A stretch of 51,998 nucleotides of DNA from an uncultured Thermoanaerobaculia bacterium (GTDB lineage Bacteria; Acidobacteriota; Thermoanaerobaculia; Multivoradales; JAGPDF01): the NCBI GenBank assembly GCA_964595975.1, contig CAZQTL010000003.1, positions 1 to 51,998 of the forward strand. The letters are read 5' to 3'. A program made the translations under genes and the position numbers. Positions 1 to 8,868 of the stretch are shown here, piece after piece (positions within the stretch are counted from its first letter, which is position 1; each line of letters begins with the position of its first letter). The notes under the pieces are model-generated. The model did no database searches, was not told where the DNA came from, and saw nothing but the letters and a program-made list of their open reading frames with translations.

Positions 1-315
1 GGCCGCGGCGACAGGAGCTGCCGCAGGCGCGGCGGCGGGCGAAGCGGCGGCAGCCGGAGCGGCAGCGACGGCGGAGCCGGCCTCGCCGATCATCGCCACG
101 ACCTGGTTCACCGGTACCGTCTCCCCCTCCTGGTTCCGGATCTCGAGCAGCACGCCGGCCGCCGGGCTCGGAATCTCGGCGTCGACCTTGTCGGTCGAGA
201 TCTCGAACAGCGGCTGGTCGCGCTCGACCTTCTCACCGACCTTCACCAGCCAGCGGGTGATCGTCCCCTCGGCGATCGACTCGCCCATCTGCGGCATCAC
301 GACTTCGGTTGCCAT
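1..315 (-). CDS. Dihydrolipoamide acyltransferase (E2) of a 2-oxo-acid dehydrogenase complex, N-terminal part only (runs off the left edge)
   Basis: Minus-strand frame is open to the window edge, with ATG at 315-313. The N-terminus [37 protein letters not shown] is a canonical lipoyl-attachment domain (lipoyl-Lys in TDKV) followed by an Ala/Pro linker. It lies 33 nt downstream of E1 beta. Confidence 0.8.
   Translation of the reverse strand, partial: MATEVVMPQMGESIAEGTITRWLVKVGEKVERDQPLFEISTDKVDAEIPSPAAGVLLEIRNQEGETVPVNQVVAMIGEAGSAVAAAPAAAASPAAAPAAAPVAAA
97..315. repeat. Lipoyl-domain DNA repeat, copy 1 (in E2); partner at 3956-4174
   Basis: By-eye alignment at a constant offset of 3859 nt. 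Positions 170-315 versus 4029-4174 show 8 mismatches in 146 nt with no indels. Weaker similarity continues to about 97/3956. Confidence 0.8.
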
Positions 316-348
316 TGCTCTCTCCGTTGAAGCGATCCGTCGATCCCG

Positions 349-1335
349 TCAGGCGCGAAGCAGTTCGCGGACGCGGGCGATGAGTTTATCGGCATTCGGC
401 AGGTACTCGTCTTCGAGCGGCGGCGAGTAGGGCACCGGGGTGTCGAGGCAGCAGACGCGGGCCACCGGGGCGTCGAGATGCCAGAAGGCCTTCTCCGCCA
501 CCCGCGCCGCAATCTCGCCGGCGAAGGAGCCGGTCTGCGGCTCCTCGGTCAGCACGACGACCCGGCCGGTCTTCTGCGCGGTGGCGAGCACCGCCTCTTC
601 GTCGAGCGGCTTGAGCGTCCGGAGATCGAGGACTTCGATCTCGATGCCCTCCGTCGCCAGGCGTTCGGCAGCCTCGAGCGCGACGTGCAGCATCGCCGCG
701 TAGGTGATGATCGAGAGATCCCGGCCGGGTCGGGCGAGACGCGCCTTGCCGAGCGGAATCGGCGCGGCGTCAGGCCGGATCGTCCCCTTGATCCGGCGAT
801 AGAGGTACTTGTGCTCGAAGAACAACACCGGATTGTCGTCGCGGATCGCCGAACGGATCAGGCCGTAGGCGTCCTCGACCGTGCCGGGATAGACGATCTT
901 CAGCCCGGGAGCGCGGTTGAAGTAGGCCTCGGGATTCGCCGAGTGGAATGCCGAGCCGGAGACCCGGCCGCCCGAAGGGCCGCGCATCACCATCGGCACC
1001 TTCTGGCCCCAGCGGTAGTGATTGGTGCCGGCGAAGTTGACGATCATGTCGAAGGCGTTGGCGATGAAGTCGATGAACTGGAACTCGACCACAGGCCGCA
1101 TCCCCATCATCGCCGAGCCGATCGCGGCGCCGACGAAGCCCGACTCGGCGATCGGCGTGTCGATGACGCGCTCCGGCCCGAACTCGTCGAGCAGACCCGC
1201 CGTCAGCTTGAAGGCGCCGCCATAGACGCCGATGTCCTCGCCGATCAGAAACACCGTCGGATCGGCCTTCATCTCGTCCCACAGGCCCTGACGGATGGCG
1301 TCGAGAAAGGTGACTTCCTTCGCTTCGCCGCTCAC
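349..1335 (-). CDS. 2-oxo-acid dehydrogenase E1 component, beta subunit
   Basis: 328 aa from GTG 1335, in a GTGA overlap with the E1 alpha stop. EVTFLDAIRQGLWDEMKADPTVFLIGEDIGVYGGAFKLT and LDLRTLKPLDEEAVL are typical of transketolase-like E1 beta. The 393-aa track ORF merely extends upstream into E1 alpha. Confidence 0.9.
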   Translation of the reverse strand: MSGEAKEVTFLDAIRQGLWDEMKADPTVFLIGEDIGVYGGAFKLTAGLLDEFGPERVIDTPIAESGFVGAAIGSAMMGMRPVVEFQFIDFIANAFDMIVNFAGTNHYRWGQKVPMVMRGPSGGRVSGSAFHSANPEAYFNRAPGLKIVYPGTVEDAYGLIRSAIRDDNPVLFFEHKYLYRRIKGTIRPDAAPIPLGKARLARPGRDLSIITYAAMLHVALEAAERLATEGIEIEVLDLRTLKPLDEEAVLATAQKTGRVVVLTEEPQTGSFAGEIAARVAEKAFWHLDAPVARVCCLDTPVPYSPPLEDEYLPNADKLIARVRELLRA

Positions 1336-2363
1336 GCCCGGCCTCCTTCGGCGTAAACGCCCTCGTGCGCGCGCTCCGGCGGAGGCATCGGCGAGGCGAG
1401 GGCGAAATCGACCTCGGCGTCGAGCTCGGACTGGATGCGGCCGACGATCGCCCCGAGCTCCTCCGCCGTCGCGAGTCCGTTGCCGAGCAGGTGTCGCTCG
1501 AAGCGGTCGATCGGGTCCTTGGCCTGCCACTTGTCGAAGAGCTCCTTCGGCACGTAGGAGGCGTCGTCGTGTTCCGCGTGGCCCTTCATGCGGAAGGTCT
1601 TGACCTCGAGGAGCTGCGGGCCGGAGCCGGCGCGCGCCGCTTCGATCATCGCCCGCGACGCCTCGTAGACCGCCAGCACGTCGTTGCCGTCGACGATGCG
1701 CGCCGGCACGCCGTAGGCGGCGGCGCGCTGCGCCAGGTCCTTGATCTTCATCTGGCGGGCCGTCGGCGTCGAGTAGGCGTAGCCGTTGTGCTCGGCGACG
1801 ACGACCAGCGGGACGCCCAGGACCGCGGCGACGTTCATCCCCTCGTGGAAGTCGCCGGTCGAGGTGCCGCCGTCGCCGATGTAGGTCATCGCGACGTAGC
1901 TCTTCTTCTGCAGCTTCGCCGCGAGACCCACTCCCGCCATCACCGGCACCAGCGCGCCGAGCATCGAGATCGGCGAGATCAGGCCGCGCTTCAGATCGCC
2001 GAAATGCAGGTTGCAGTCCTTGCCGCCGGTCGGGCTGCCGCCGCGCGCCATGTACTGGGTGAAGACCTCGCGCGGCGAGACGCCGCGGACCAGCATGGCG
2101 CCCAGATTCCGGATCAGCGGCGCAACGACGTCGTCGGGCCCGAGCGCGTAGGCGGTGCCGATCGAGATCGCCTCCTGGCCGCGGCTGCCATAGAGACCGC
2201 CGACGACCTTGCCCTGGCGATAGAGATTGATCAGCCGATCCTCGACCAGCCGGTTGAGCTTGAGCAGGCGGTAGAGCTCGAGCTGACGCTCGCGCGGAAG
2301 CGCACTCTTCGCCAGCCGGTCCTGCGGCTCGGGCGAAGCCGGATGCAGCGGCCCCAGACTCAC
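1332..2363 (-). CDS. 2-oxo-acid dehydrogenase E1 component, alpha subunit (TPP-dependent)
   Basis: 343 aa from GTG 2363, in a GTGA overlap with the E3 stop. It has the TPP-binding region YIGDGGTSTGDFHEGMNVAAV..VVAEHNGYAYSTP. Substrate (pyruvate, branched-chain or acetoin) cannot be decided from the sequence alone. Confidence 0.9.
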   Translation of the reverse strand: MSLGPLHPASPEPQDRLAKSALPRERQLELYRLLKLNRLVEDRLINLYRQGKVVGGLYGSRGQEAISIGTAYALGPDDVVAPLIRNLGAMLVRGVSPREVFTQYMARGGSPTGGKDCNLHFGDLKRGLISPISMLGALVPVMAGVGLAAKLQKKSYVAMTYIGDGGTSTGDFHEGMNVAAVLGVPLVVVAEHNGYAYSTPTARQMKIKDLAQRAAAYGVPARIVDGNDVLAVYEASRAMIEAARAGSGPQLLEVKTFRMKGHAEHDDASYVPKELFDKWQAKDPIDRFERHLLGNGLATAEELGAIVGRIQSELDAEVDFALASPMPPPERAHEGVYAEGGRA

Positions 2364-4174
2364 GAGTGAATCGCCGGTCCGAGCGTGGCGTGGGCGGCTT
2401 CCATCACCGCTTCGGACAGCGTCGGGTGGGCATGGATGGTGTGCATCAGCTCCTCGGTGGTCATCTCGGCCTGCAGGGCGACGCACGCTTCGGCGATGAG
2501 ATCGGTCGCATGCGGGCCGATGATGTGGACCCCCAGGATCTCGTCGTACTTCTTGTCGCGCACGATCTTGACGAAGCCCTGCGCCTTGCCGAGGATGCGC
2601 GCCTTGCCGCTCGCCATGAAGCTGAACTTGCCGACCCCGACGTCGTAGCCGCGCTCCTTCGCCTTGGCCTCGGTCAGGCCGACGCTGCCGACTTCGGGCT
2701 CACAGTAGGTGCACGAAGGAGTCCGGTCGTAGTTCAGCGGATGCACCGGCATCCCCTTCATGTGCTCGACGGAGAGGATCCCCTCGGCCGAGGCGATGTG
2801 CGCCAGCCACGGCGTCGGTACCACGTCACCGAGCGCGTAGATGTTCGGCACCGAAGTCTGCATGACGCCGTTCACCTGCAGGTAGCCCTTTTCGGTGGTG
2901 AGCCCGACCTTGTCGAGGCCGATGTCCTCGGTCACCGGCGCGCGGCCGACGGCGACGAGCAGGATCTCGGCGTCGATCTCCGACTCCTTCTCACCCTGCT
3001 TCAAGGTCACCTTGACGCCGCCCTCATGCGGCTCCGCCTGGGTCAGCTGCGTGGCCGTCATCACCTTCATGCCGCGCTTCTTCAGCTGGCGCTCGAGCTC
3101 CTTCGAGACCTCCTCGTCCTCGATCGGCAGGATGCGCGGCAGCATCTCGACGAGAGTGACTTCCGCCCCGAACGAACGGAAGACCGAGGCGAACTCGGTG
3201 CCGACCGCGCCGGCGCCGAGGACGACGATCGACTTCGGGATGCGCTCCATCTCGAGGATGTGATCCGAGTTGAGGATCGTCGTGCCGTTCGCCGGCGCCA
3301 CCCGGATGTCGCGCGGCACCGAGCCGGTCGCGATCATCACGTAGCGGGTGGTCAGGGTCCGGCGGCTGCCGTCCGCCGCCGTCACTTCGACCGAGTGCGG
3401 GCCGTTCAGGCGCCCGTAGCCGCGCACCCCTTCGACCTTGTACTTCTTGAACAGCGACTCGATGCCCGAGGCGCTCTTGTCGACGATGCCGCGCTTGTAG
3501 GCGTGCACCTTCTCGATCTCGATCGCCGGCTCGCCGACCGCGATGCCGAAGTCGCCAGCGTGGCGGATCTGGTCCACGAGCTCGGCCGAGTGCAGCAGCG
3601 CCTTGGTCGGGATGCAGCCGCGGTGCGTGCAGGTGCCGCCGAACTTCGGGTCCTTCTCGACGCAGGCGACCTTCATCCCGAGCTGGCCGGCGCGGATCGC
3701 CGCGACGTAGCCGCCGGGACCGCTGCCGACAATGACCAGGTCGTAGTCGAACTCCCCCTGCGGCGCTGCGGGCGCCGGCGCACTTGCCGGGGCAGCAGCG
3801 GCCGAGACCGGAGCGGCAACCGGAGCGGCAGGCGATGGCGTCGCCGGAGCCGCCGGAGCCGGCATGGGTGCGGGGGGCGCTGCGACGGCCGGGGCCGGGG
3901 CGGGTGCAGCAGCCGGAGCGGCGCCGGCCGACTCTCCCGCCGCGCCGATCAGTCCGACGACCTTGTTGACCGGCACCGTCTCGCCGGCGGCGTTGTGGAT
4001 CGCCAGCAGCACCCCGGCGGCGGGCGACGGAATCTCCGCGTCCACCTTGTCGGTCGAGATCTCGAACAGCGGCTGGTCGCGCTCCACCTTCTCGCCGACC
4101 TTCACCAGCCACTTGGTGATCGTCCCCTCGGCGATCGACTCGCCCATCTGCGGCATCACGACTTCGGTGGCCAT
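2360..4174 (-). CDS. lpdA: Dihydrolipoyl dehydrogenase (E3) with a fused N-terminal lipoyl domain
   Basis: 604 aa. It starts with a lipoyl domain ([34 protein letters not shown]) and a ~65-aa Ala/Pro linker. The rest is a flavoprotein disulfide reductase with the GSGPGGY dinucleotide motif, the redox-active CTHRGCIPTK and the C-terminal HAHPTLSE. Confidence 0.92.
   Translation of the reverse strand: MATEVVMPQMGESIAEGTITKWLVKVGEKVERDQPLFEISTDKVDAEIPSPAAGVLLAIHNAAGETVPVNKVVGLIGAAGESAGAAPAAAPAPAPAVAAPPAPMPAPAAPATPSPAAPVAAPVSAAAAPASAPAPAAPQGEFDYDLVIVGSGPGGYVAAIRAGQLGMKVACVEKDPKFGGTCTHRGCIPTKALLHSAELVDQIRHAGDFGIAVGEPAIEIEKVHAYKRGIVDKSASGIESLFKKYKVEGVRGYGRLNGPHSVEVTAADGSRRTLTTRYVMIATGSVPRDIRVAPANGTTILNSDHILEMERIPKSIVVLGAGAVGTEFASVFRSFGAEVTLVEMLPRILPIEDEEVSKELERQLKKRGMKVMTATQLTQAEPHEGGVKVTLKQGEKESEIDAEILLVAVGRAPVTEDIGLDKVGLTTEKGYLQVNGVMQTSVPNIYALGDVVPTPWLAHIASAEGILSVEHMKGMPVHPLNYDRTPSCTYCEPEVGSVGLTEAKAKERGYDVGVGKFSFMASGKARILGKAQGFVKIVRDKKYDEILGVHIIGPHATDLIAEACVALQAEMTTEELMHTIHAHPTLSEAVMEAAHATLGPAIHS
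3956..4174. repeat. Lipoyl-domain DNA repeat, copy 2 (in E3); partner at 97-315
   Basis: See copy 1. About 94-95% identity over the 146 nt nearest the start codons. Confidence 0.8.
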
Positions 4175-4407
4175 TGCGACTCCCGTTTGCGCCCGGAGGG
4201 CGAGGATTCTGTCTTCGACTGCCGGCTTCGGTGGCTCGCGTCCGCTCGACGCACACCCTCGAGCTGCCAGCGGCCTTGTCGTTTAAGGGGGGCCGTGCTC
4301 CCCGCCGCGCTCTCGCGAGGGCCCAACCGCCCGCAGACTTTACCGGAAGAGGCCTCCCCGCTTCCACGCACCTGCCCCGGCGCGGCGGAAACGGACTCGA
4401 ACAGAGT

Positions 4408-5256
4408 TCACAGCGGAGCTACCGCGAACCGCCCCGGCCTCTCCTCGACGATCCGCCCGAGCGGCCGGTCGGCATCGTGCTCGAAGACGCACAGCCAGTT
4501 CTCCGCCGCCAGCCGCGGCAGCCATCGCCGTTTCGACTCCAGCGTCTCGAGGGGATAGAGGTCGTAGCTCATGGTCCAGGGGATCGGCACGTGGGCGGAG
4601 GTCGGAACGAGGTCGGCGAGAAAGATCGCCCGGGCGTCGCCGTCCATGACGGTGACGACGCACATGTCGGCGTTGTGCCCCGGCGCCTTCTCCGCCCGGA
4701 TCCCCGGCAGGACCTCGCAGCCGTCTTCGAACAGCTCGACGAGGCCGGCGGCGATGAGCGGCTCCCAGTTCCAGGGGAAGTAGCTCGCCCCGTCGCGTTC
4801 GTTCGGGTGGCGAGCGTGCTCGACCTCGCCGCGACTCAAGTAGTAGCGGGCGTTCGGAAAGGTCGCGACCGGCTTGCCCGACGGATCCAGCCGCGTGTTC
4901 CAGCCGCAGTGGTCGAAGTGCAGGTGGGTGAGGACGACGTGGGTGACCTGCTCCGCCGCGAAGCCGGCGGCGCGGATCGCCTCCGGCAGCCGCCTGGCGC
5001 CCGCCTCGTAAGCGAAGATGCCCTGGTACTTCTCGTCCTGCTTGTCGCCGAGCCCGGTATCGACCAGCACCAGGTCGCGTCCGGCCTCGATGAGCAGGCA
5101 GTTGGTCCCCATGTCGATGCGGTTCTCGGCGTCGGCGGCCTTCGCCTTCTGCCACATCTTCTTCGGAATGACGCCGAACATCGCGCCGCCATCCAGCTTG
5201 AACCTGCCGTCCGACACGACGTGCAGACGGAACCTCCCCAGGTCGATCGCGCTCAT
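4408..5256 (-). CDS. MBL-fold metallo-hydrolase (lactonase-like)
   Basis: 282 aa from ATG 5256. It has the HLHFDHCGW (HxHxDH) metal-binding motif. The overall pattern resembles AiiA-type MBL hydrolases at family level only. Confidence 0.85.
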   Translation of the reverse strand: MSAIDLGRFRLHVVSDGRFKLDGGAMFGVIPKKMWQKAKAADAENRIDMGTNCLLIEAGRDLVLVDTGLGDKQDEKYQGIFAYEAGARRLPEAIRAAGFAAEQVTHVVLTHLHFDHCGWNTRLDPSGKPVATFPNARYYLSRGEVEHARHPNERDGASYFPWNWEPLIAAGLVELFEDGCEVLPGIRAEKAPGHNADMCVVTVMDGDARAIFLADLVPTSAHVPIPWTMSYDLYPLETLESKRRWLPRLAAENWLCVFEHDADRPLGRIVEERPGRFAVAPL

Positions 5257-5298
5257 TCGCTGGAGCTTATCCAATCGCCCCTTTGCTAAGGTCGCTGC

Positions 5299-6429
5299 AT
5301 GAGTCGCGATCTGGCCCTGGTCCTGACCGGCGGCGGCGCGCGCGCCGCCTATCAGGTCGGCGTCCTGCGATTCCTCGCCGAGCGCCGCCCGGATCTCCGG
5401 GTGCCGATCCTCACCGGTGTTTCGGCCGGTTCGATCAACGCCGCTTTCCTGGCCTCGCACAAGGGGAGCTTCTCCGCCGCGGCGCAACGCCTCGCCGAGC
5501 TCTGGCTCGACATGGAGCTCGACAACCTGCTGCGCACGGGTGCGCTGGCGCTGGCCGGAAAGGTCGGTCGCTGGGGCCTCCGCCTGTCGTCCGGCGGCGC
5601 CCGCTTCGCCCCCAGGGAGGAGGGGCTCGTCGACACCCAGCCGCTGCGGCGGTTCCTCGAGCTCCACCTCGGACGCGTCGACGGCGCGCTCGAAGGACTC
5701 GAAGCCAACCTGCGCGCCGGACGCCTCACCTCGTTCGCCCTGACGGCCATCGACTGGAGCACGGGCGAGACCGTCGACTGGGTCGCCGGCAGGCATCAGA
5801 CGGCGCTCAAGGCGCCTTACCGGCGCACCGAAGGCGGCCCGATCACGGTCGAGCACGTCATGGCCTCCGCCTCGCTGCCGATCCTGTTTCCGGCGATCCG
5901 CCTGCACGGCTCCTGGTACGGCGACGGCGGCATCCGCGAGTCCGACCCGCTCTGGCCGGCGCAGGCCCTGGGCGCCGGGCGGATTCTCGCCGTCTCGACC
6001 CGACCGGCGCCCACCGCCGCCGGCGCGCCGATCTTCGGCCGCAAGCGTTACCCGCCGCTGGCGCAGATCCTCGGCGTGCTGTCGAACGCCATCTTCCTCG
6101 ACGTCCTCGACGACGACTTCGCCCGTCTCGAGCTGCGCCGCCGCCTGCTGGAGAAGATTCCTCCGGCCGAACGCGAAGGGAATCACCCGGTGCGCGGCAT
6201 GCTGCTGCGGCCGACCGCCGATCTGGGAGCGCTCGCCTCCCGCTACCAGCACGAGCTGCCGCGCGCCTTCCGCTTCCTGGTCGGCGGGCTCGGTACCCGC
6301 GAGGGCGAAGGCGGCGACTTCCTGTCGCTGGTGATGTTCGTACCCGAGTACCTCGAGCGCCTGATCGAGCTCGGCGAGAAAGACGCCGCCGCGCGCGGTG
6401 ACGAGCTGCTCGACTTCGTCGACGGCTAG
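5299..6429 (+). CDS. Patatin-like phospholipase
   Basis: 376 aa. It has the oxyanion-hole GGGARA, the nucleophile elbow GVSAGS (GxSxG) and the catalytic-Asp motif YGDGG. Confidence 0.85.
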   Translation: MSRDLALVLTGGGARAAYQVGVLRFLAERRPDLRVPILTGVSAGSINAAFLASHKGSFSAAAQRLAELWLDMELDNLLRTGALALAGKVGRWGLRLSSGGARFAPREEGLVDTQPLRRFLELHLGRVDGALEGLEANLRAGRLTSFALTAIDWSTGETVDWVAGRHQTALKAPYRRTEGGPITVEHVMASASLPILFPAIRLHGSWYGDGGIRESDPLWPAQALGAGRILAVSTRPAPTAAGAPIFGRKRYPPLAQILGVLSNAIFLDVLDDDFARLELRRRLLEKIPPAEREGNHPVRGMLLRPTADLGALASRYQHELPRAFRFLVGGLGTREGEGGDFLSLVMFVPEYLERLIELGEKDAAARGDELLDFVDG

Positions 6430-6436
6430 GGGGCTG

Positions 6437-7072
6437 TCAGGCGACGGCTTCGCCCGCCGCCCGGCGGACGACGAAAACCGACGCCGGCGGCAGGTTGATC
6501 CAGGTCATGCTCTCGCGGTGGGATTCGAGGCCCATCTCCGCCAGGAGGCCGCGGGCCGCGGGAAAGAACAGCGAGTAGGTGAACTGCACGATGTGGCCGC
6601 CGGGCCTGAGCAACGCGAGCATCGCCTCGAGCAGCAGCTGCTGCTCCTCGCGCGGACGGGTGAGCATGCCGAGGCCGGAGACCACCACGTCAGCAGTGCC
6701 GGCCGGCACGCGGGAGCCGGCGAGCAGCTCGGCCGCGTGGGTGGCATCCCCCTCGATCACCTGAACGGCGGGAAAACGCCGGCGAAGGAGCTCGCAGAAC
6801 GCCGGCACGGCCTCGATGACGACCAGCCTGGGAATGCCCTTCGCGACCAGGGCGGCGGTGAGCGCCCCGGTCCCGCCGCCGAGCTCGACGACCGACTGCG
6901 CGTTGCCGACGGCGGCGGCCACCGCCTCTGCCAGGCGCTTGCTGCTCGGACTCACCGCCGCGACCGACATCGGCTTCTTCAGCCACTCGCGATAGAAGTG
7001 CGCCGTCGCCTCCTTCTGCTGCCGATCGCGCACCTTCTGCGGATCGGGAGGAGGAGCGCTCGGAGGGGGCAT
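6437..7072 (-). CDS. Class I SAM-dependent methyltransferase (phospholipid N-methyltransferase-like, COG3963-type from memory)
   Basis: 211 aa. It has SAM motif I VVELGGGTGALT preceded by WLKKPMSVAAVSPSS, the N-terminal signature I associate with PmtA-like enzymes. Confidence 0.72.
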   Translation of the reverse strand: MPPPSAPPPDPQKVRDRQQKEATAHFYREWLKKPMSVAAVSPSSKRLAEAVAAAVGNAQSVVELGGGTGALTAALVAKGIPRLVVIEAVPAFCELLRRRFPAVQVIEGDATHAAELLAGSRVPAGTADVVVSGLGMLTRPREEQQLLLEAMLALLRPGGHIVQFTYSLFFPAARGLLAEMGLESHRESMTWINLPPASVFVVRRAAGEAVA

Positions 7073-7118
7073 GAGCAGGATTGTACGGGATCCCGCCCCC
7101 CCGTGATCCCGGGCCGGC

Positions 7119-7607
7119 TCAGCCGCAGGCCGGGCAGGGCGAACAGCCGGCGTCGAAGATGATTCGCCAGCTGCCGTCGGTCTGGCGCTGCCAGATCGAG
7201 TTGTAGAGGCCCTTCACCTCGACCTCCTTGCCTTCCTTGTCCTTGGTGCGGATCACCCACGGCCCGCGCGACAGGCCGAGATTGCCGTCGGCCGAGAGCT
7301 CGACGACCTCGGGGTGCCACTCGAAGTAGGGCCGCTCCGGGCCGAAGAAGTCCTTCCAGCCGGCGACGACGGCCGCCTTGCCGCGCGTCACGTTCTTGCC
7401 GCTGACGAAGACCGTCCCCTCGTCGAGGAGGGCGGCGAAGGCTTCGGGCTTGTCGTCCATCACCGCCTTGGCGAAAGCGATCTCCACCGCCCGCACCTGC
7501 TCGATGCGCGCCGCGCGCTCGGCGGCGGCATCGGCCGCCGGCGCTGACGAAGCCCCTGCCACCGTCGCCAAGAGACCCAGAACCGAAGCCAGATTCCGTC
7601 GTCGCAT
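7119..7607 (-). CDS. Secreted NTF2-like / DUF4440 (SnoaL-like) family protein
   Basis: I take ATG 7607, which gives the signal peptide MRRRNLASVLGLLATVAGASSAPA. It ends in an NTF2-like pattern (..GSWRIIFD). The track ORF starts 13 codons earlier. Confidence 0.6.
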   Translation of the reverse strand: MRRRNLASVLGLLATVAGASSAPAADAAAERAARIEQVRAVEIAFAKAVMDDKPEAFAALLDEGTVFVSGKNVTRGKAAVVAGWKDFFGPERPYFEWHPEVVELSADGNLGLSRGPWVIRTKDKEGKEVEVKGLYNSIWQRQTDGSWRIIFDAGCSPCPACG

Positions 7608-7717
7608 CGCCAATCTCCCTGGAAGCGGAGGGTCCGGTGGATCCATACCCCTGCTGTTCTACGTGACAGCCCCGCCCGGAGTTTGCCGCTCCTGGCGCGG
7701 CGTCGCACCGCTCAGGG

Positions 7718-8782
7718 TCAGGCGACGGTGACTTCCGGGCAGAGATAGACGTCCTGGATGGCGTTCAAGAGCGCGACGCCCTCCTTGCGTGGCCGCTGGA
7801 AAGCCTTGCGGCCGGAGATGAGGCCCATGCCGCCGCCGCGCTTGTTGACGACCGCGGTGCGCACCGCCTCCGCGAGGTCGCTCTCGCCGGCCGAGGCGCC
7901 GCCGGAGTTGATCAGGCCGATCTTCCCCATGTAGCAGTTCGCCACCTGCCAGCGCACGTAGTCGACCGGATGATCGCTCACCAGCTCGCCGTAGACTTTC
8001 TTGTGGGTCTTGCCGTACTTCGGCAGGAAGTTGTAGCCGCCGTTCAACGTCGGCAGCTTCTGTTTGATGATGTCGGCCGAGAGCGTCACACCCAGGTGGT
8101 TCGCCTGCGCCGTGAGGTCGGCGGAGGTGTGGTGATCGACGCCATCCTTGGCGAAGGCGGGATTGCGCAGGTAGCACCAGAGGATCGTCGCCATGCCCAT
8201 CTCGTGCGCGGCGGCGAAGGCCTCGCCGACCTCTTCGATCTCGCGGTCGGCATCGTCGGAGCCGAAGTAGATCGTCGCGCCGACCGCCGCGCAGCCCATG
8301 TCCCAGGCCTGCTCGACGCGGGCGAACATCGTCTGTCGGGCGCCGTTCGGATAGGTCAGCAGCTGATTGTGGTTGATCTTGAGGATGAACGGAATCCTGT
8401 GCGCGTACTTGCGCGCCACGAGTCCCAGCCCGCCGAGCGTGCAGGCGACGGCGTTGCAGCCGCCTTCGATCGCCAGCTCGACGATCTTCTGCGGGTCGAA
8501 GTAGTCGGGATTGGGAGCGAACGATGCGGCGCCCGAGTGCTCGATCCCCTGGTCCACCGGCAGGATCGACAGATAGCCCGTCCTCGCCAGGCGCCCCGTC
8601 GAGTGAATGCGCTCCAGGTTGACCAGGACCTGGGCATTGCGGTCCGAGTCGCCGAAGCTCGCCGAGACATGGTCGGGAGCCGGAATGCGGATGCGCTCCT
8701 TCGGCACGCCCTTGCAGGTGAACGACAGAAGGCTCTCGGCGTCGGCGCCGAGCTGCGACTGGATGCGGTCGATCGTGCTCAT
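7718..8782 (-). CDS. fbaB: Class I fructose-bisphosphate aldolase (FbaB/DhnA type)
   Basis: 354 aa from ATG 8782, with GGAAGGGAA upstream. It is near-collinear with E. coli FbaB as I remember it ([73 protein letters not shown]). The rest of the 1074-aa track ORF is an artefact. Confidence 0.92.
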   Translation of the reverse strand: MSTIDRIQSQLGADAESLLSFTCKGVPKERIRIPAPDHVSASFGDSDRNAQVLVNLERIHSTGRLARTGYLSILPVDQGIEHSGAASFAPNPDYFDPQKIVELAIEGGCNAVACTLGGLGLVARKYAHRIPFILKINHNQLLTYPNGARQTMFARVEQAWDMGCAAVGATIYFGSDDADREIEEVGEAFAAAHEMGMATILWCYLRNPAFAKDGVDHHTSADLTAQANHLGVTLSADIIKQKLPTLNGGYNFLPKYGKTHKKVYGELVSDHPVDYVRWQVANCYMGKIGLINSGGASAGESDLAEAVRTAVVNKRGGGMGLISGRKAFQRPRKEGVALLNAIQDVYLCPEVTVA

Positions 8783-8868
8783 CTCGATTCCCTTCCTGGA
8801 ATGATTGTCGCCAAAGTATTCCACATCGCCCGGACGCGGCCCAGCCGGAGCGCGATCCGGCGTCCAGC

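Noticed and set aside
4175-4407. Possible riboswitch or leader in the 233-nt region upstream of the dehydrogenase operon
   Set aside because: It contains GC-rich imperfect hairpins, for example GGAAG..CTTCC around 4345-4365 on the minus strand, which probably terminates the MBL gene. I recognise no riboswitch core such as a TPP CUGAGA element.
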